Made by a program: the position numbers and the translations under genes. The notes beneath the pieces are model-generated. The model worked only from the letters and a program-made list of their open reading frames with translations. It was not told the DNA's origin and did no database searches. Shown here piece by piece: positions 19,673 through 28,344 of a stretch of 64,000 nucleotides of DNA. The stretch is from an uncultured Bacillota bacterium (GTDB lineage: Bacteria > Bacillota > Clostridia > Christensenellales > UBA1242), in the NCBI GenBank assembly GCA_948465545.1, contig CAOJXO010000001.1:188450-252449 (forward strand), written 5' to 3'. Position 1 is the first letter of the stretch, and every line of letters begins with the position of its first letter.

Positions 19673-21010
19673 ATGGAAAAGACAATCGCAAGTATTTCAA
19701 CACCTCTTGGACGTGGTGCTATTGCAATAATAAGAATGAGTGGCTCTGCAAGTTTAAGTATTGCAGAAAAACTTTTTTATTCCACTAAACTGCAATTTAA
19801 AAATATTATCCCCCGCTTTTTATATCTTGGGGATTTCTATTTAGATGAAAATGTTAAAGAAAAGTGTTTGATGGTATATTTTAAAGGTCCTAACTCTTAC
19901 ACTGGTGAGGATATGGTGGAGTTTCAGGTTCATGGAGGCACTTTACTTACCCAAAAAATTTTAGAAAAACTTATTGAGAATGGTGCGTCACTTGCTGGGC
20001 CTGGAGAGTTTTCACGCCGTGCATTTGAAAATGAAAAGATTTCACTTGATGAGGCAGAGAGTATTATCGGAGAAATAAATGCGGAAAGTGAAGGTGAACT
20101 TAATGCATCGCTTGCTGTTGCAGGTGGAAAATTAAAACAAGAGGTTGTTAAAATTCAAAACAGCCTTACAGATGCCCTTGCTGAGATTGAAGCAACCCTT
20201 GATTATCCTGAAGAAGATTTTGAAATTGAAGTAAAAGAAAAAATATTTGCTAATATTAAAGAAGTAAAAGATAAAATTTCTGCCATTGTAAACCAAAGCA
20301 AAAATTTAAAGTATATCAATTATGGTATAAATGTAGGAATAGTGGGTTCTCCAAATGTGGGAAAATCCAGTCTGCTTAATGCTATCTTAGGTGTAGAGCG
20401 TGCGATTGTTACTGATATTGAAGGCACAACAAGAGATAGCATAACTGAGAGTATGGATTATAATGGAATTAAACTAAACTTTATTGATACTGCAGGTATA
20501 CGAAATACTGTAGATAAAGTGGAACAAATCGGAGTTGAAAAAAGCAAAGAGTATATAAAGAGTAGCGATATTGTACTTTATGTTATTGATGGAAGCAGTC
20601 CGCTGTCAGAGGAAGATAAAGAAGTGTTAGATTTGCTACAAGGTCAAAATTATATAGTCGTTGTTAATAAATCTGATAAAGGAAGAGTTGTCCCAGTGTT
20701 TAATAACGAAATTGAAATTTCCGCTTTGCAAAAATTCAATATTGACAATCTGCTTAAGTTGATTTATAATAAAGTTATCACTGAAGAGATTGATTTTAAT
20801 AAACTTGTTGTTACAAATGAAAGACAGGTTGCAATATTGAAAGAGGCTCTTGAAATTATAAATCAAATTTTATCTAATAAAATAGAAAGTATGGATATAA
20901 TCTCAATGTTAATCAAATCTCTTTGGCAAAGTCTAGGCAAAATTACGGGACAATGTGAAAATGAAAGAATAATTGATGTTATTTTCTCAAAATTCTGCCT
21001 AGGAAAGTGA
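19673..21010 (+). CDS. mnmE: tRNA modification GTPase MnmE
   Basis: G1 GSPNVGKSSLLN, DTAGIR, NKSD, and the C-terminal FCLGK motif. Confidence 0.95.
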   Translation: MEKTIASISTPLGRGAIAIIRMSGSASLSIAEKLFYSTKLQFKNIIPRFLYLGDFYLDENVKEKCLMVYFKGPNSYTGEDMVEFQVHGGTLLTQKILEKLIENGASLAGPGEFSRRAFENEKISLDEAESIIGEINAESEGELNASLAVAGGKLKQEVVKIQNSLTDALAEIEATLDYPEEDFEIEVKEKIFANIKEVKDKISAIVNQSKNLKYINYGINVGIVGSPNVGKSSLLNAILGVERAIVTDIEGTTRDSITESMDYNGIKLNFIDTAGIRNTVDKVEQIGVEKSKEYIKSSDIVLYVIDGSSPLSEEDKEVLDLLQGQNYIVVVNKSDKGRVVPVFNNEIEISALQKFNIDNLLKLIYNKVITEEIDFNKLVVTNERQVAILKEALEIINQILSNKIESMDIISMLIKSLWQSLGKITGQCENERIIDVIFSKFCLGK

Positions 21011-21036
21011 GGAATCTTACTTTTAGGAGGGTTTGT

Positions 21037-21522
21037 ATGCAAGAAGAAAACGGAATACTCAAAAGAGATAAATGGGATCTTAGATTTATGGAAATGGCTA
21101 AACTTGTTGGAACTTGGAGTTCTTGCTGTAAGGAGAACTTTCAGGTAGGAGCAGTCATTGTAAAAGATAAACGTATTCTTACAACTGGTTATAATGGGGC
21201 TTCAAGCGGAATAAAAACTTGTAAGGAACGTGGAGAGTGCTTGCGTAAAAAATTAGGGGTGGAGCATGGAAAGGATAAGCAAATTTGTTATGCTGTTCAT
21301 GCTGAGCAAAATGCAATAATTCAAGCGGCAAGACTTGGTGTAAGTGTTGACAATGCAGTTTTATATTGCACCCATAAACCATGTGTAATATGTGCAAAAC
21401 AAATCATCAACTCTGGAATTAAACTTGTTATTTATGATAAGCACTTTGATGATAAGTTTACAGATGAACTTATGTCAGAGGCGGGAGTAGGACTTGTAAA
21501 GTTTGATGAAACAGAAGAATAA
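21037..21522 (+). CDS. dCMP deaminase (ComEB-like cytidine/deoxycytidylate deaminase)
   Basis: Zinc motifs HAEQNAI and PCVICAKQI. ATG 21037 follows AGGAGG. Confidence 0.8.
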   Translation: MQEENGILKRDKWDLRFMEMAKLVGTWSSCCKENFQVGAVIVKDKRILTTGYNGASSGIKTCKERGECLRKKLGVEHGKDKQICYAVHAEQNAIIQAARLGVSVDNAVLYCTHKPCVICAKQIINSGIKLVIYDKHFDDKFTDELMSEAGVGLVKFDETEE

Positions 21523-21550
21523 GGCAGGATAATCCTGCTTTTTATTTTTT
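21523..21550 (+). terminator. Terminator after the dCMP deaminase gene
   Basis: GCAGGA-taa-TCCTGC hairpin followed by a T-run. Confidence 0.65.
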
Positions 21551-21616
21551 AAAATAACATTTTAATACAAATGTTATTTATTCCCCTTTGACTTTTTTGA
21601 TTTTTGATATATACTT

Positions 21617-23485
21617 ATGTTTATGGAAAACTTTGATGCGATTGTAATCGGAGCTGGTCATGCAGGTTGTGAATCTGCCCTTGCCCTTGCAAGAACTGGC
21701 AATAAAACTTTGTTGTTAACACTGAGTTTGGACGCGGTGGCTTTTTTGGCATGCAATCCGTCTATTGGTGGAACTGCAAAAGGACAACTTGTTGCTGAAG
21801 TAGATGCTTTGGGTGGCGAAATGGGTGTTAATATTGATAAAACATCAATCCAACTTCGTATGCTTAATCGTGGAAAAGGGCCTGCCGTGCAAAGTTTAAG
21901 GGCTCAAGCAGATAAGATTGCTTATCATAATGAAATGAAGAAAACCCTTGAAAACACCCCTAACCTATTTTTAAGACAAGGGGAAGTTGTTGATATTCAA
22001 CAGCAAGACGAATATAAAATTGTTAAAAGTGCGGTAGGCGAAGAGTATAAAGCAAAAACAATAGTGTTTGCCACTGGTGTTTATCTTAAAAGCCGTATTA
22101 TTATTGGCGACTATACAAAAGATGTTGGGCCAAATGGTTTTATGAATGCGAAAATGTTATCTGATAGTTTGGATAGGCTGGGTATTAAACTTTTAAGGTT
22201 TAAAACAGGGACTCCTGCAAGAGTCAATTCCCGCAGTATAGACTTTTCAAAACTTGAAATTCAATATGGAGAGGATAACATACAATCTTTTTCTTTTATT
22301 TCAAAAGAGAAACCTAAAAACCAAGCAGTGTGTTATTTGACTTATACAAATACAACCACACATGATATTATTAAAGCGAACATGGATAAAGCCCCAGTTT
22401 TTTCTGGACTTATTAAGGGGGTAGGGCCAAGATACTGCCCTTCTATCGAAACTAAGATTGTAAGATTTGCAGATAAAGAGCGTCACCAACTTTTCTTAGA
22501 GCCAGAATCTCTTTCAACAAATGAAATTTATATTCAGGGGTTCTCTACCTCTATGCCGACAAGCGTGCAGAAAGATATGATTCATTCTATAAGCGGGCTT
22601 GAAAATGCAGAGATTATGCGTGATAGTTATGCGATAGAATATGATTGTATAGACCCCAAACAACTTCTTCCTACCCTTGAACTTAAAGGACATAAGGGAC
22701 TATTTTTTGCAGGACAAATTAATGGAACAAGTGGATATGAAGAGGCGGCGGCTCAAGGTATAATTGCAGGTATTAATGCAAATCTATATTTAAAAGATAA
22801 GCCACAACTTAATCTAAAACGTAGTGACGGATATATCGGAGTTCTAATAGATGATATCGTAACTAAAGGAACTCTTGAACCTTATCGTATGATGACAAGT
22901 CGTGCAGAATATAGATTGTTTCTTCGTCAAGATAATGCAGATTTAAGACTGACAGAAATTGGAAGAGAAATAGGCCTTGTAAGTGATGAGCGTTATCAAA
23001 TCTTTCAGGATAAAAAAGTTAAAATTCAAGAATGTTTAGAACTGCTTAAAACAAAGGTTGTTATAGATGAAAACATTAAAAAGATGTTTGAAGAAAATAA
23101 TGAATCTTTACCGAAAGAAAATATGTCAGTGCATGAAATCTTAAAAAGAAGCAATATAGACATCTTTAAAGTTAATGACAGGTTGCATATATTTGATGAG
23201 TTTACTTATGAAATTTTAAATGAAGTTAACATCATGATTAAATATGAAGGTTATTTAAAACAACAAGATGAAGAAATTGCCAAATTTAAAAAGAATGAAA
23301 GTACACTTATTCCAGATAATTTTGATTATTTTAAGTATCATGGATTAAGATTAGAGGCAAGTGAAAAACTTAATGAAATCCGCCCTCTCAATTTAGGTCA
23401 AGCCTCAAGAATCTCTGGAGTCTCCCCTGCAGATATTGCAGTACTCTCTGTACTTATAAAAAAGTTTAAGGAAGAAACCAAATGA
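21617..23485 (+). CDS. mnmG: tRNA uridine 5-carboxymethylaminomethyl modification enzyme MnmG
   Basis: FAD motif DAIVIGAGHAGCE and 622 aa GidA-like throughout. The start may instead be ATG 21623. Confidence 0.95.
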   Translation: MFMENFDAIVIGAGHAGCESALALARTGNKTLLLTLSLDAVAFLACNPSIGGTAKGQLVAEVDALGGEMGVNIDKTSIQLRMLNRGKGPAVQSLRAQADKIAYHNEMKKTLENTPNLFLRQGEVVDIQQQDEYKIVKSAVGEEYKAKTIVFATGVYLKSRIIIGDYTKDVGPNGFMNAKMLSDSLDRLGIKLLRFKTGTPARVNSRSIDFSKLEIQYGEDNIQSFSFISKEKPKNQAVCYLTYTNTTTHDIIKANMDKAPVFSGLIKGVGPRYCPSIETKIVRFADKERHQLFLEPESLSTNEIYIQGFSTSMPTSVQKDMIHSISGLENAEIMRDSYAIEYDCIDPKQLLPTLELKGHKGLFFAGQINGTSGYEEAAAQGIIAGINANLYLKDKPQLNLKRSDGYIGVLIDDIVTKGTLEPYRMMTSRAEYRLFLRQDNADLRLTEIGREIGLVSDERYQIFQDKKVKIQECLELLKTKVVIDENIKKMFEENNESLPKENMSVHEILKRSNIDIFKVNDRLHIFDEFTYEILNEVNIMIKYEGYLKQQDEEIAKFKKNESTLIPDNFDYFKYHGLRLEASEKLNEIRPLNLGQASRISGVSPADIAVLSVLIKKFKEETK

Positions 23486-24183
23486 AAGAAAAGATAAAAA
23501 ACATATTTAGTAAGTATGGTTTTGAACTAACAGACAAACAACTTTCTCAGTTTGAAAAATTTTATGAGTATTTGATTGAAGAAAATAAAAAATTTAATCT
23601 TACCGCTATTACTGAGGAAGATGATGTTATATTAAAGCACTTTTTGGATAGTGTTCTCCCTATAAAAGAGTTAAAGTTAAATTCAACTTTAATAGATGTT
23701 GGTACTGGGGCAGGCTTTCCAGGAATTCCTATAAAAATTGTGCGTCCTGATATTAAAATAGTTTTACTAGACAGCCTACAAAAAAGAATTAATTTTTTAA
23801 ATGAGGCTATAAAACTTCTTGACCTATCAAAAATAGAAGCGGTACATGCACGTGCAGAAGATTATGCTGTTAAAAATCGAGAGAGGTTCGACTATGCTAC
23901 CTCCCGTGCAGTGGCACAAATAAATACCCTTGCAGAATATATGCTTCCTTTTGTTAAAGTTGGTGAAATGGCTGTACTATATAAATCGTCTAAAATTGAT
24001 GAGGAGTTGAATGTTGCTAAAAATGCTATCGTAACTTTAGGTGGAAGTTTGACTAAAGTGTTAGATTTTGAGATAGAGGAACTTCAAACAGAAAGGAAGA
24101 TTGTTTTAATTAAGAAAGTTAAAAAGACACCTGAAAAATATCCAAGAAACAAAAATTTGCCAAAAACAAAGCCTCTAACTTAA
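23482..24183 (+). CDS. rsmG: 16S rRNA (guanine527-N7)-methyltransferase RsmG
   Basis: SAM motif DVGTGAGFPGIPI. ATGA overlap with mnmG. Confidence 0.9.
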   Translation: MKEKIKNIFSKYGFELTDKQLSQFEKFYEYLIEENKKFNLTAITEEDDVILKHFLDSVLPIKELKLNSTLIDVGTGAGFPGIPIKIVRPDIKIVLLDSLQKRINFLNEAIKLLDLSKIEAVHARAEDYAVKNRERFDYATSRAVAQINTLAEYMLPFVKVGEMAVLYKSSKIDEELNVAKNAIVTLGGSLTKVLDFEIEELQTERKIVLIKKVKKTPEKYPRNKNLPKTKPLT

Positions 24184-24280
24184 GAATTGCAGATATTTTA
24201 TGTAAAAATTATATAAAAACGTGAAAATTCTTTATTTTTGCGTTTTTTTATGTTATTATTGTTGTAACGAGAGGTACTAT

Positions 24281-25102
24281 ATGGGAAAAATTATTTCTTT
24301 TGCTAATCAGAAAGGTGGAGTTGGTAAAACGACCACTTGTATCAATTTGTCTGCATATGTGGCTGCAATGGGTAAAAAGGTTCTTGTTGTTGACCTTGAC
24401 CCTCAGGGTAATGCTACAAGCGGACTTGGCATTGATAAAGATAGCGAACTTAAAACTGTTTATGATTTAATATCTGGCGATTCAAGTGCAGATGAAGTTA
24501 TTAAACAAACTGTTATTGAAGGGTTAGATGTTTTACCTTCAACAGTAGATCTTGCGGGGGCAGAACTTGAAATGGTAGAAATGCCTCAACGTGAAAAAAT
24601 TATGAAAAGTATCCTTGACCCGCTGAAGGATAGTTATGATTTTATAATGATTGACTGCCCCCCTTCTTTAGGTTTGATTACGGTAAATGCTTTGACTGCT
24701 TCAGATAGTGTTATTATTCCTATGCAATGTGAGTACTATCCACTTATGGGTATTACTCAACTTATGAATACTATTCGTCTAATTAAATTCCATCTTAATC
24801 CAAATATAGATGTGGAAGGCGTTGTTATGACAATGAAGGATAAACGTTCAAATCTTACAAACCAAGTGGCTGATGAGATTTTAAAGTTCTTTGGTAAAAA
24901 GGTGTTCTTTACATATATACCAAGAAACATTCGTCTTGCAGAAGCACCAAGCCACGGAGAACCGATTTTGATTTATGAGCCAACTTCAAAAGGAGCAGAG
25001 GCTTATTTAAGTTTGGCAGAAGAGTTTTTAGATCGTAATAAAATTAAATATAAACCATTTACAAGTGATACCAAAATTAAGTTGAGGGAGGTTAAAGATT
25101 AA
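24281..25102 (+). CDS. parA: Chromosome partitioning ATPase ParA/Soj
   Basis: Deviant Walker A NQKGGVGKTT. Start trimmed to ATG 24281 (MGKIISFANQKGG). Confidence 0.9.
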   Translation: MGKIISFANQKGGVGKTTTCINLSAYVAAMGKKVLVVDLDPQGNATSGLGIDKDSELKTVYDLISGDSSADEVIKQTVIEGLDVLPSTVDLAGAELEMVEMPQREKIMKSILDPLKDSYDFIMIDCPPSLGLITVNALTASDSVIIPMQCEYYPLMGITQLMNTIRLIKFHLNPNIDVEGVVMTMKDKRSNLTNQVADEILKFFGKKVFFTYIPRNIRLAEAPSHGEPILIYEPTSKGAEAYLSLAEEFLDRNKIKYKPFTSDTKIKLREVKD

Positions 25103-26058
25103 TGAGTAGCAAAAAAGGTTTAGGTAGAGGCTTAGAGTCTCTTTTCGGCTTTTATGACGACGAAAGTAATAATATCATAACTAATCAAGAACAAAAACCG
25201 ATAAAAAAAGAAGTTAGAGATGTAACAGAAATTGATATTACAAAGATTGTTCCAAACCCTAATCAACCAAGAAAAAATTTTGATGAATCTGCATTACAAG
25301 ATCTTGCTAGTTCTATAAAGGTACATGGTGTTATTCAGCCTCTTGTTCTTAACAAACTTGCTGATGACAAATATCTTATCATTGCTGGTGAAAGACGTTG
25401 GAGGGCTTCTAAACTTGCTGGTCTTGCCAGTGTCCCTGCTGTGATTAAAGATTATACGGAAAAGCAGATTAAAGAAATTGCCCTTATTGAAAATTTACAA
25501 AGGGAAGATTTGAATCCTGTGGAAGCGGCAAGGGCGATAAAGCAACTTATGGAAGAATATAACCTTACACAAGAAACCGTATCAGAGCGAATAGGTAAAA
25601 GCCGTTCTAGCATTGCAAACACCCTTAGACTTTTAACATTGTATCCTGAAGTTGTTGATATGATTGAAAGCGGTAGGCTTTCATCTGGACATGCAAGAGC
25701 GTTGGTTGTCGTCGAAGATACCACTCAACAAATAAAACTTGCAAAACAGGCTTGTGATGGGAAAATGAGTGTGCGTGACCTTGAAAAGGCTGTAAAGAAC
25801 CTGTTAAACCCTACAAAGCCAAAATCGACAACAGTGCAAGAGCAGTCTTTGGAATTAAAAGAATTAATTTTAGATATGCAACGTGTATTTGCAACAAAAG
25901 TATCAGCAATAGGTAATGATAACAAAGGACGTATATATATAGATTATTATTCCAGAGATGATTTAGATAGATTGTCTGATTTAGTGGAAATGATTAAAAA
26001 GAAAGAAGTTACTTTAGGCGATTTAAAAAATTATAATAAGCGTCACCCTAACGGTTAA
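25102..26058 (+). CDS. parB: Chromosome partitioning protein ParB/Spo0J
   Basis: GLGRGLESLF, NPNQPRK, IIAGERRWRASKLAG, and an HTH region. Confidence 0.9.
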   Translation: MSSKKGLGRGLESLFGFYDDESNNIITNQEQKPIKKEVRDVTEIDITKIVPNPNQPRKNFDESALQDLASSIKVHGVIQPLVLNKLADDKYLIIAGERRWRASKLAGLASVPAVIKDYTEKQIKEIALIENLQREDLNPVEAARAIKQLMEEYNLTQETVSERIGKSRSSIANTLRLLTLYPEVVDMIESGRLSSGHARALVVVEDTTQQIKLAKQACDGKMSVRDLEKAVKNLLNPTKPKSTTVQEQSLELKELILDMQRVFATKVSAIGNDNKGRIYIDYYSRDDLDRLSDLVEMIKKKEVTLGDLKNYNKRHPNG

Positions 26059-26063
26059 TAAAA

Positions 26064-26091
26064 AAGCATGAGAAACACTCGTGCTTTTTTA
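26064..26091 (+). terminator. Terminator after parB
   Basis: GCATGAG...CTCGTGC hairpin (one G-U pair) plus T6. Confidence 0.65.
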
Positions 26092-26102
26092 TTTTATTAA
26101 AA

Positions 26103-26118
26103 TGTTTCACGTGAAACA
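26103..26118. promoter_or_regulatory. parS site 1 (perfect palindrome)
   Basis: TGTTTCACGTGAAACA, embedded in a 24-bp perfect palindrome at 26099-26122. Confidence 0.9.
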
Positions 26119-26138
26119 TTTTGATACTCCGCTTTTAT

Positions 26139-26154
26139 TGTTTCACGTGAAACA
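26139..26154. promoter_or_regulatory. parS site 2
   Basis: Identical 16-mer TGTTTCACGTGAAACA, 36 bp from site 1. Confidence 0.9.
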
Positions 26155-26296
26155 TTTTTGCTTAAAACGAGGTGTTTTTCTGGAGGTGCATATATATTTT
26201 TCTGAAATAACAGAAAAAATCTTTATATAAAATATATAAAAATGTTTTGTTTTAAATGGGGACTATGGTATAATATTGTCAGGAGGAAAAAATAAC

Positions 26297-26836
26297 ATGG
26301 AATTAAAAGGTACACAGACAGAAAAGAATTTGCAAGATGCTTTTGCTGGAGAAAGTCAAGCAAGAAATAAATATACTTACTACGCTTCAGTTGCTAAAAA
26401 AGAAGGATATGAGCAGATAGCAGAAATCTTTGAAGAAACAGCTAACAATGAGAAGGAACATGCTAAACTTTGGTTTAAAGCTTTACATGGCGGAAAAGTC
26501 CCTACAACTGTCGAAAACTTAGTTGATGCGGCTGCTGGAGAAAATTATGAATGGACTAACATGTATGAAAGAATGGCTAAAGAAGCTAAGAAAGAAGGCT
26601 TTAAAGATATTGCCAAGCTTTTTGAAGGTGTGGCAGCTATTGAAAAAAGACATCAAGAAAGATATGAAGCTTTACTTGATCTTATTAAGAAGGGTAAGGT
26701 GTTTAAGAAAACAGACAAACAAATCTGGATTTGTAGAAATTGCGGACATATACATGTTGGCAAAGAAGCTCCTAAAGTTTGCCCTGTTTGTAGTCACCCA
26801 CAAGCATATTTTGAAGTATACAATAATAACTTCTAA
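26297..26836 (+). CDS. rbr: Rubrerythrin
   Basis: Ferritin-like [13 protein letters not shown]...EKEHAKLW plus a C-terminal rubredoxin-like CRNCG...CPVC. ATG 26297 follows AGGAGG. Confidence 0.9.
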   Translation: MELKGTQTEKNLQDAFAGESQARNKYTYYASVAKKEGYEQIAEIFEETANNEKEHAKLWFKALHGGKVPTTVENLVDAAAGENYEWTNMYERMAKEAKKEGFKDIAKLFEGVAAIEKRHQERYEALLDLIKKGKVFKKTDKQIWICRNCGHIHVGKEAPKVCPVCSHPQAYFEVYNNNF

Positions 26837-26849
26837 TATTTGTTTAAAA

Positions 26850-26882
26850 AAAACAGTAACGCAAAAGCGGTACTGTTTTTTG
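26850..26882 (+). terminator. Terminator after rbr
   Basis: ACAGTAACGC-aaaa-GCGGTACTGT hairpin plus a T-run. Confidence 0.65.
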
Positions 26883-27098
26883 TTGTCTATACAAAATCTG
26901 TTTAAGGGGCATTCTTATAATTAAAGAAGAGGTCTTAATATGTCGTAGAATAGTCAAAATTTGTAGAATTTTGCTTATAATGTCGATTTTTGTAAAAATA
27001 TGACTTATGTTTGTAAAAATATTTTTAAAATTACTGAAAAATGCTTTACTTTTTTAACAATTTAATATACAATAATCTTGTCAAAAAAGGAGGAATTT

Positions 27099-27530
27099 AT
27101 GACGAGAGAAGAATTATTTGTCGAACAAACGTGTACCAAAACATTGCTGGAGGTAGGTATACCTATAAATTTGCAAGGATTTAGGTTTTTAAGAACTGCA
27201 ATTTTATGTGTTGTTGAAGATTCAGATTTAATTGGGGCGATAACTAAGAAACTATATCCTGTGGTTGCAAAGATTTATAATGTAACGCCAACTGTTATTG
27301 AGAGAAGTATAAGACATTCTATAGAGGTTGCTTATGAGAGAAAGGGTATGTCTGAATTAAACCAACTTTTTGATGTGCAATTATATAATTGTAGATATAA
27401 ACCATCCAACAGTGAGTTTATTGCTATTGTGGCTGAAAAGTTGATTAATGATATAAGAGAAAATGAAGTGCTGGCTAGTGAAAATCCAAAAAGTCAGGAT
27501 AAAAATGATGATAATGACAAAAAATCTTAG
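27099..27530 (+). CDS. Stand-alone Spo0A C-terminal (DNA-binding effector) domain protein; no receiver domain
   Basis: ITKKLYPVVAKIYNVTPTVIERSIRHSIEVAY...KPSNSEFIAIVAEKL closely parallels the remembered B. subtilis Spo0A effector domain ([32 protein letters not shown]...KPTNSEFIAMVADKL). ATG 27099 follows AGGAGG. Confidence 0.8.
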   Translation: MTREELFVEQTCTKTLLEVGIPINLQGFRFLRTAILCVVEDSDLIGAITKKLYPVVAKIYNVTPTVIERSIRHSIEVAYERKGMSELNQLFDVQLYNCRYKPSNSEFIAIVAEKLINDIRENEVLASENPKSQDKNDDNDKKS

Positions 27531-27538
27531 AAAAATAG

Positions 27539-27567
27539 TTGATTAAATATAAAATGTAGTGTATAAT
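27539..27567 (+). promoter_or_regulatory. SigA-type promoter of tRNA-Ser
   Basis: TTGATT-17 nt-TATAAT. Confidence 0.55.
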
Positions 27568-27640
27568 AAGATACGTATTTTATATACGAAATTTTATGTT
27601 ATATAGAAAAACGCAAAACAGGAGTTGAGTGTTTTTTTAT

Positions 27641-27728
27641 GGAAGGATGGCTGAGCGGTCGAAAGCGGCGGTCTTGAAAACCGTTGACCTGAAAGGGTCC
27701 AGGGGTTCGAATCCCTTTCCTTCCGCCA
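27641..27728 (+). tRNA. tRNA-Ser (anticodon TGA), CCA encoded
   Basis: Hand-folded cloverleaf. Acceptor GGAAGGA/TCCTTCC, anticodon loop CTTGAAA, long variable arm, T-loop TTCGAAT. Confidence 0.9.
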
Positions 27729-27732
27729 CACA

Positions 27733-27768
27733 AAAAAATCTGGTAATGGTTGCATTGCCAGTTTTTTG
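27733..27768 (+). terminator. Terminator after tRNA-Ser
   Basis: CTGGTAATG-gttg-CATTGCCAG hairpin plus T6. Confidence 0.7.
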
Positions 27769-27932
27769 TATCAAAATATTTATGTAAACGAGATAAAATT
27801 AAGATGGAAAATATAATGCTATTATAAAAAATATTAACTACTATAAGCCAGAACGAAAATTTACTATTTATCACTTTGATTGACTTGCTTTTTTAATAGT
27901 GATATTATTGTTATAATTTCTAAGGAGGAATT

Positions 27933-28316
27933 ATGAAAAAAATAAAATTCTTTAAATGTAATCATTGTGGAAATGTTGTTATAAAATTGCTTGATAAGAG
28001 TGTTCCTATTTTTTGTTGTGGTGAAAAGATGGAGGAAATTTCTGCAAATACGATGGAGGCTTCACAAGAAAAACATTTGCCTGTTGTTAGTTTTGATAAC
28101 TGCATGCTTGATGTTAAAGTTGGTGAAGTGTCTCATCCAATGGAGGCTATGCATTATATAAATTTTATAGTTGTGGAAACTAATAATGGTTTTTCCATTG
28201 TTTCGCTGCTTCCAGGTAAATCTCCGCAGGCAAAGATTTATATTGGAAAGAATAAGGTTGTTGCCGTCTATGAATATTGCAATCTTCATGGTTTGTGGAA
28301 AACTGAAATTAAGTAG
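27933..28316 (+). CDS. dfx: Desulfoferrodoxin (2Fe superoxide reductase)
   Basis: N-terminal desulforedoxin CNHCGN...CCG, plus SOR-centre residues EKHLPV, HPM and CNLHGLW. Confidence 0.9.
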   Translation: MKKIKFFKCNHCGNVVIKLLDKSVPIFCCGEKMEEISANTMEASQEKHLPVVSFDNCMLDVKVGEVSHPMEAMHYINFIVVETNNGFSIVSLLPGKSPQAKIYIGKNKVVAVYEYCNLHGLWKTEIK

Positions 28317-28344
28317 TCGTCTTTATGAAAGATTTGTTGTAGAA

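Noticed and set aside
15980-21522. dUTPase and dCMP deaminase as an anti-phage nucleotide-depletion defence system
   Set aside because: Both are small single-domain housekeeping-type enzymes without the kinase or other accessory domains of defensive deaminases. They are separated by 4.5 kb of core genes.
26099-26154. TGTTTCACGTGAAACA palindromes as a Rex-, Fnr- or CRP-type operator for the downstream rubrerythrin gene
   Set aside because: The sequence is an exact match to the Firmicute parS consensus and sits directly after parB, more than 110 bp upstream of the rbr -10 element.
27599-27874. A 91-aa minus-strand ORF. The same applies to 30289-30591 (plus strand) and 54030-54230 (plus strand).
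   Set aside because: Each overlaps a hand-folded tRNA gene (Ser, Asn and Gly respectively), and the translation simply reads through tRNA sequence.
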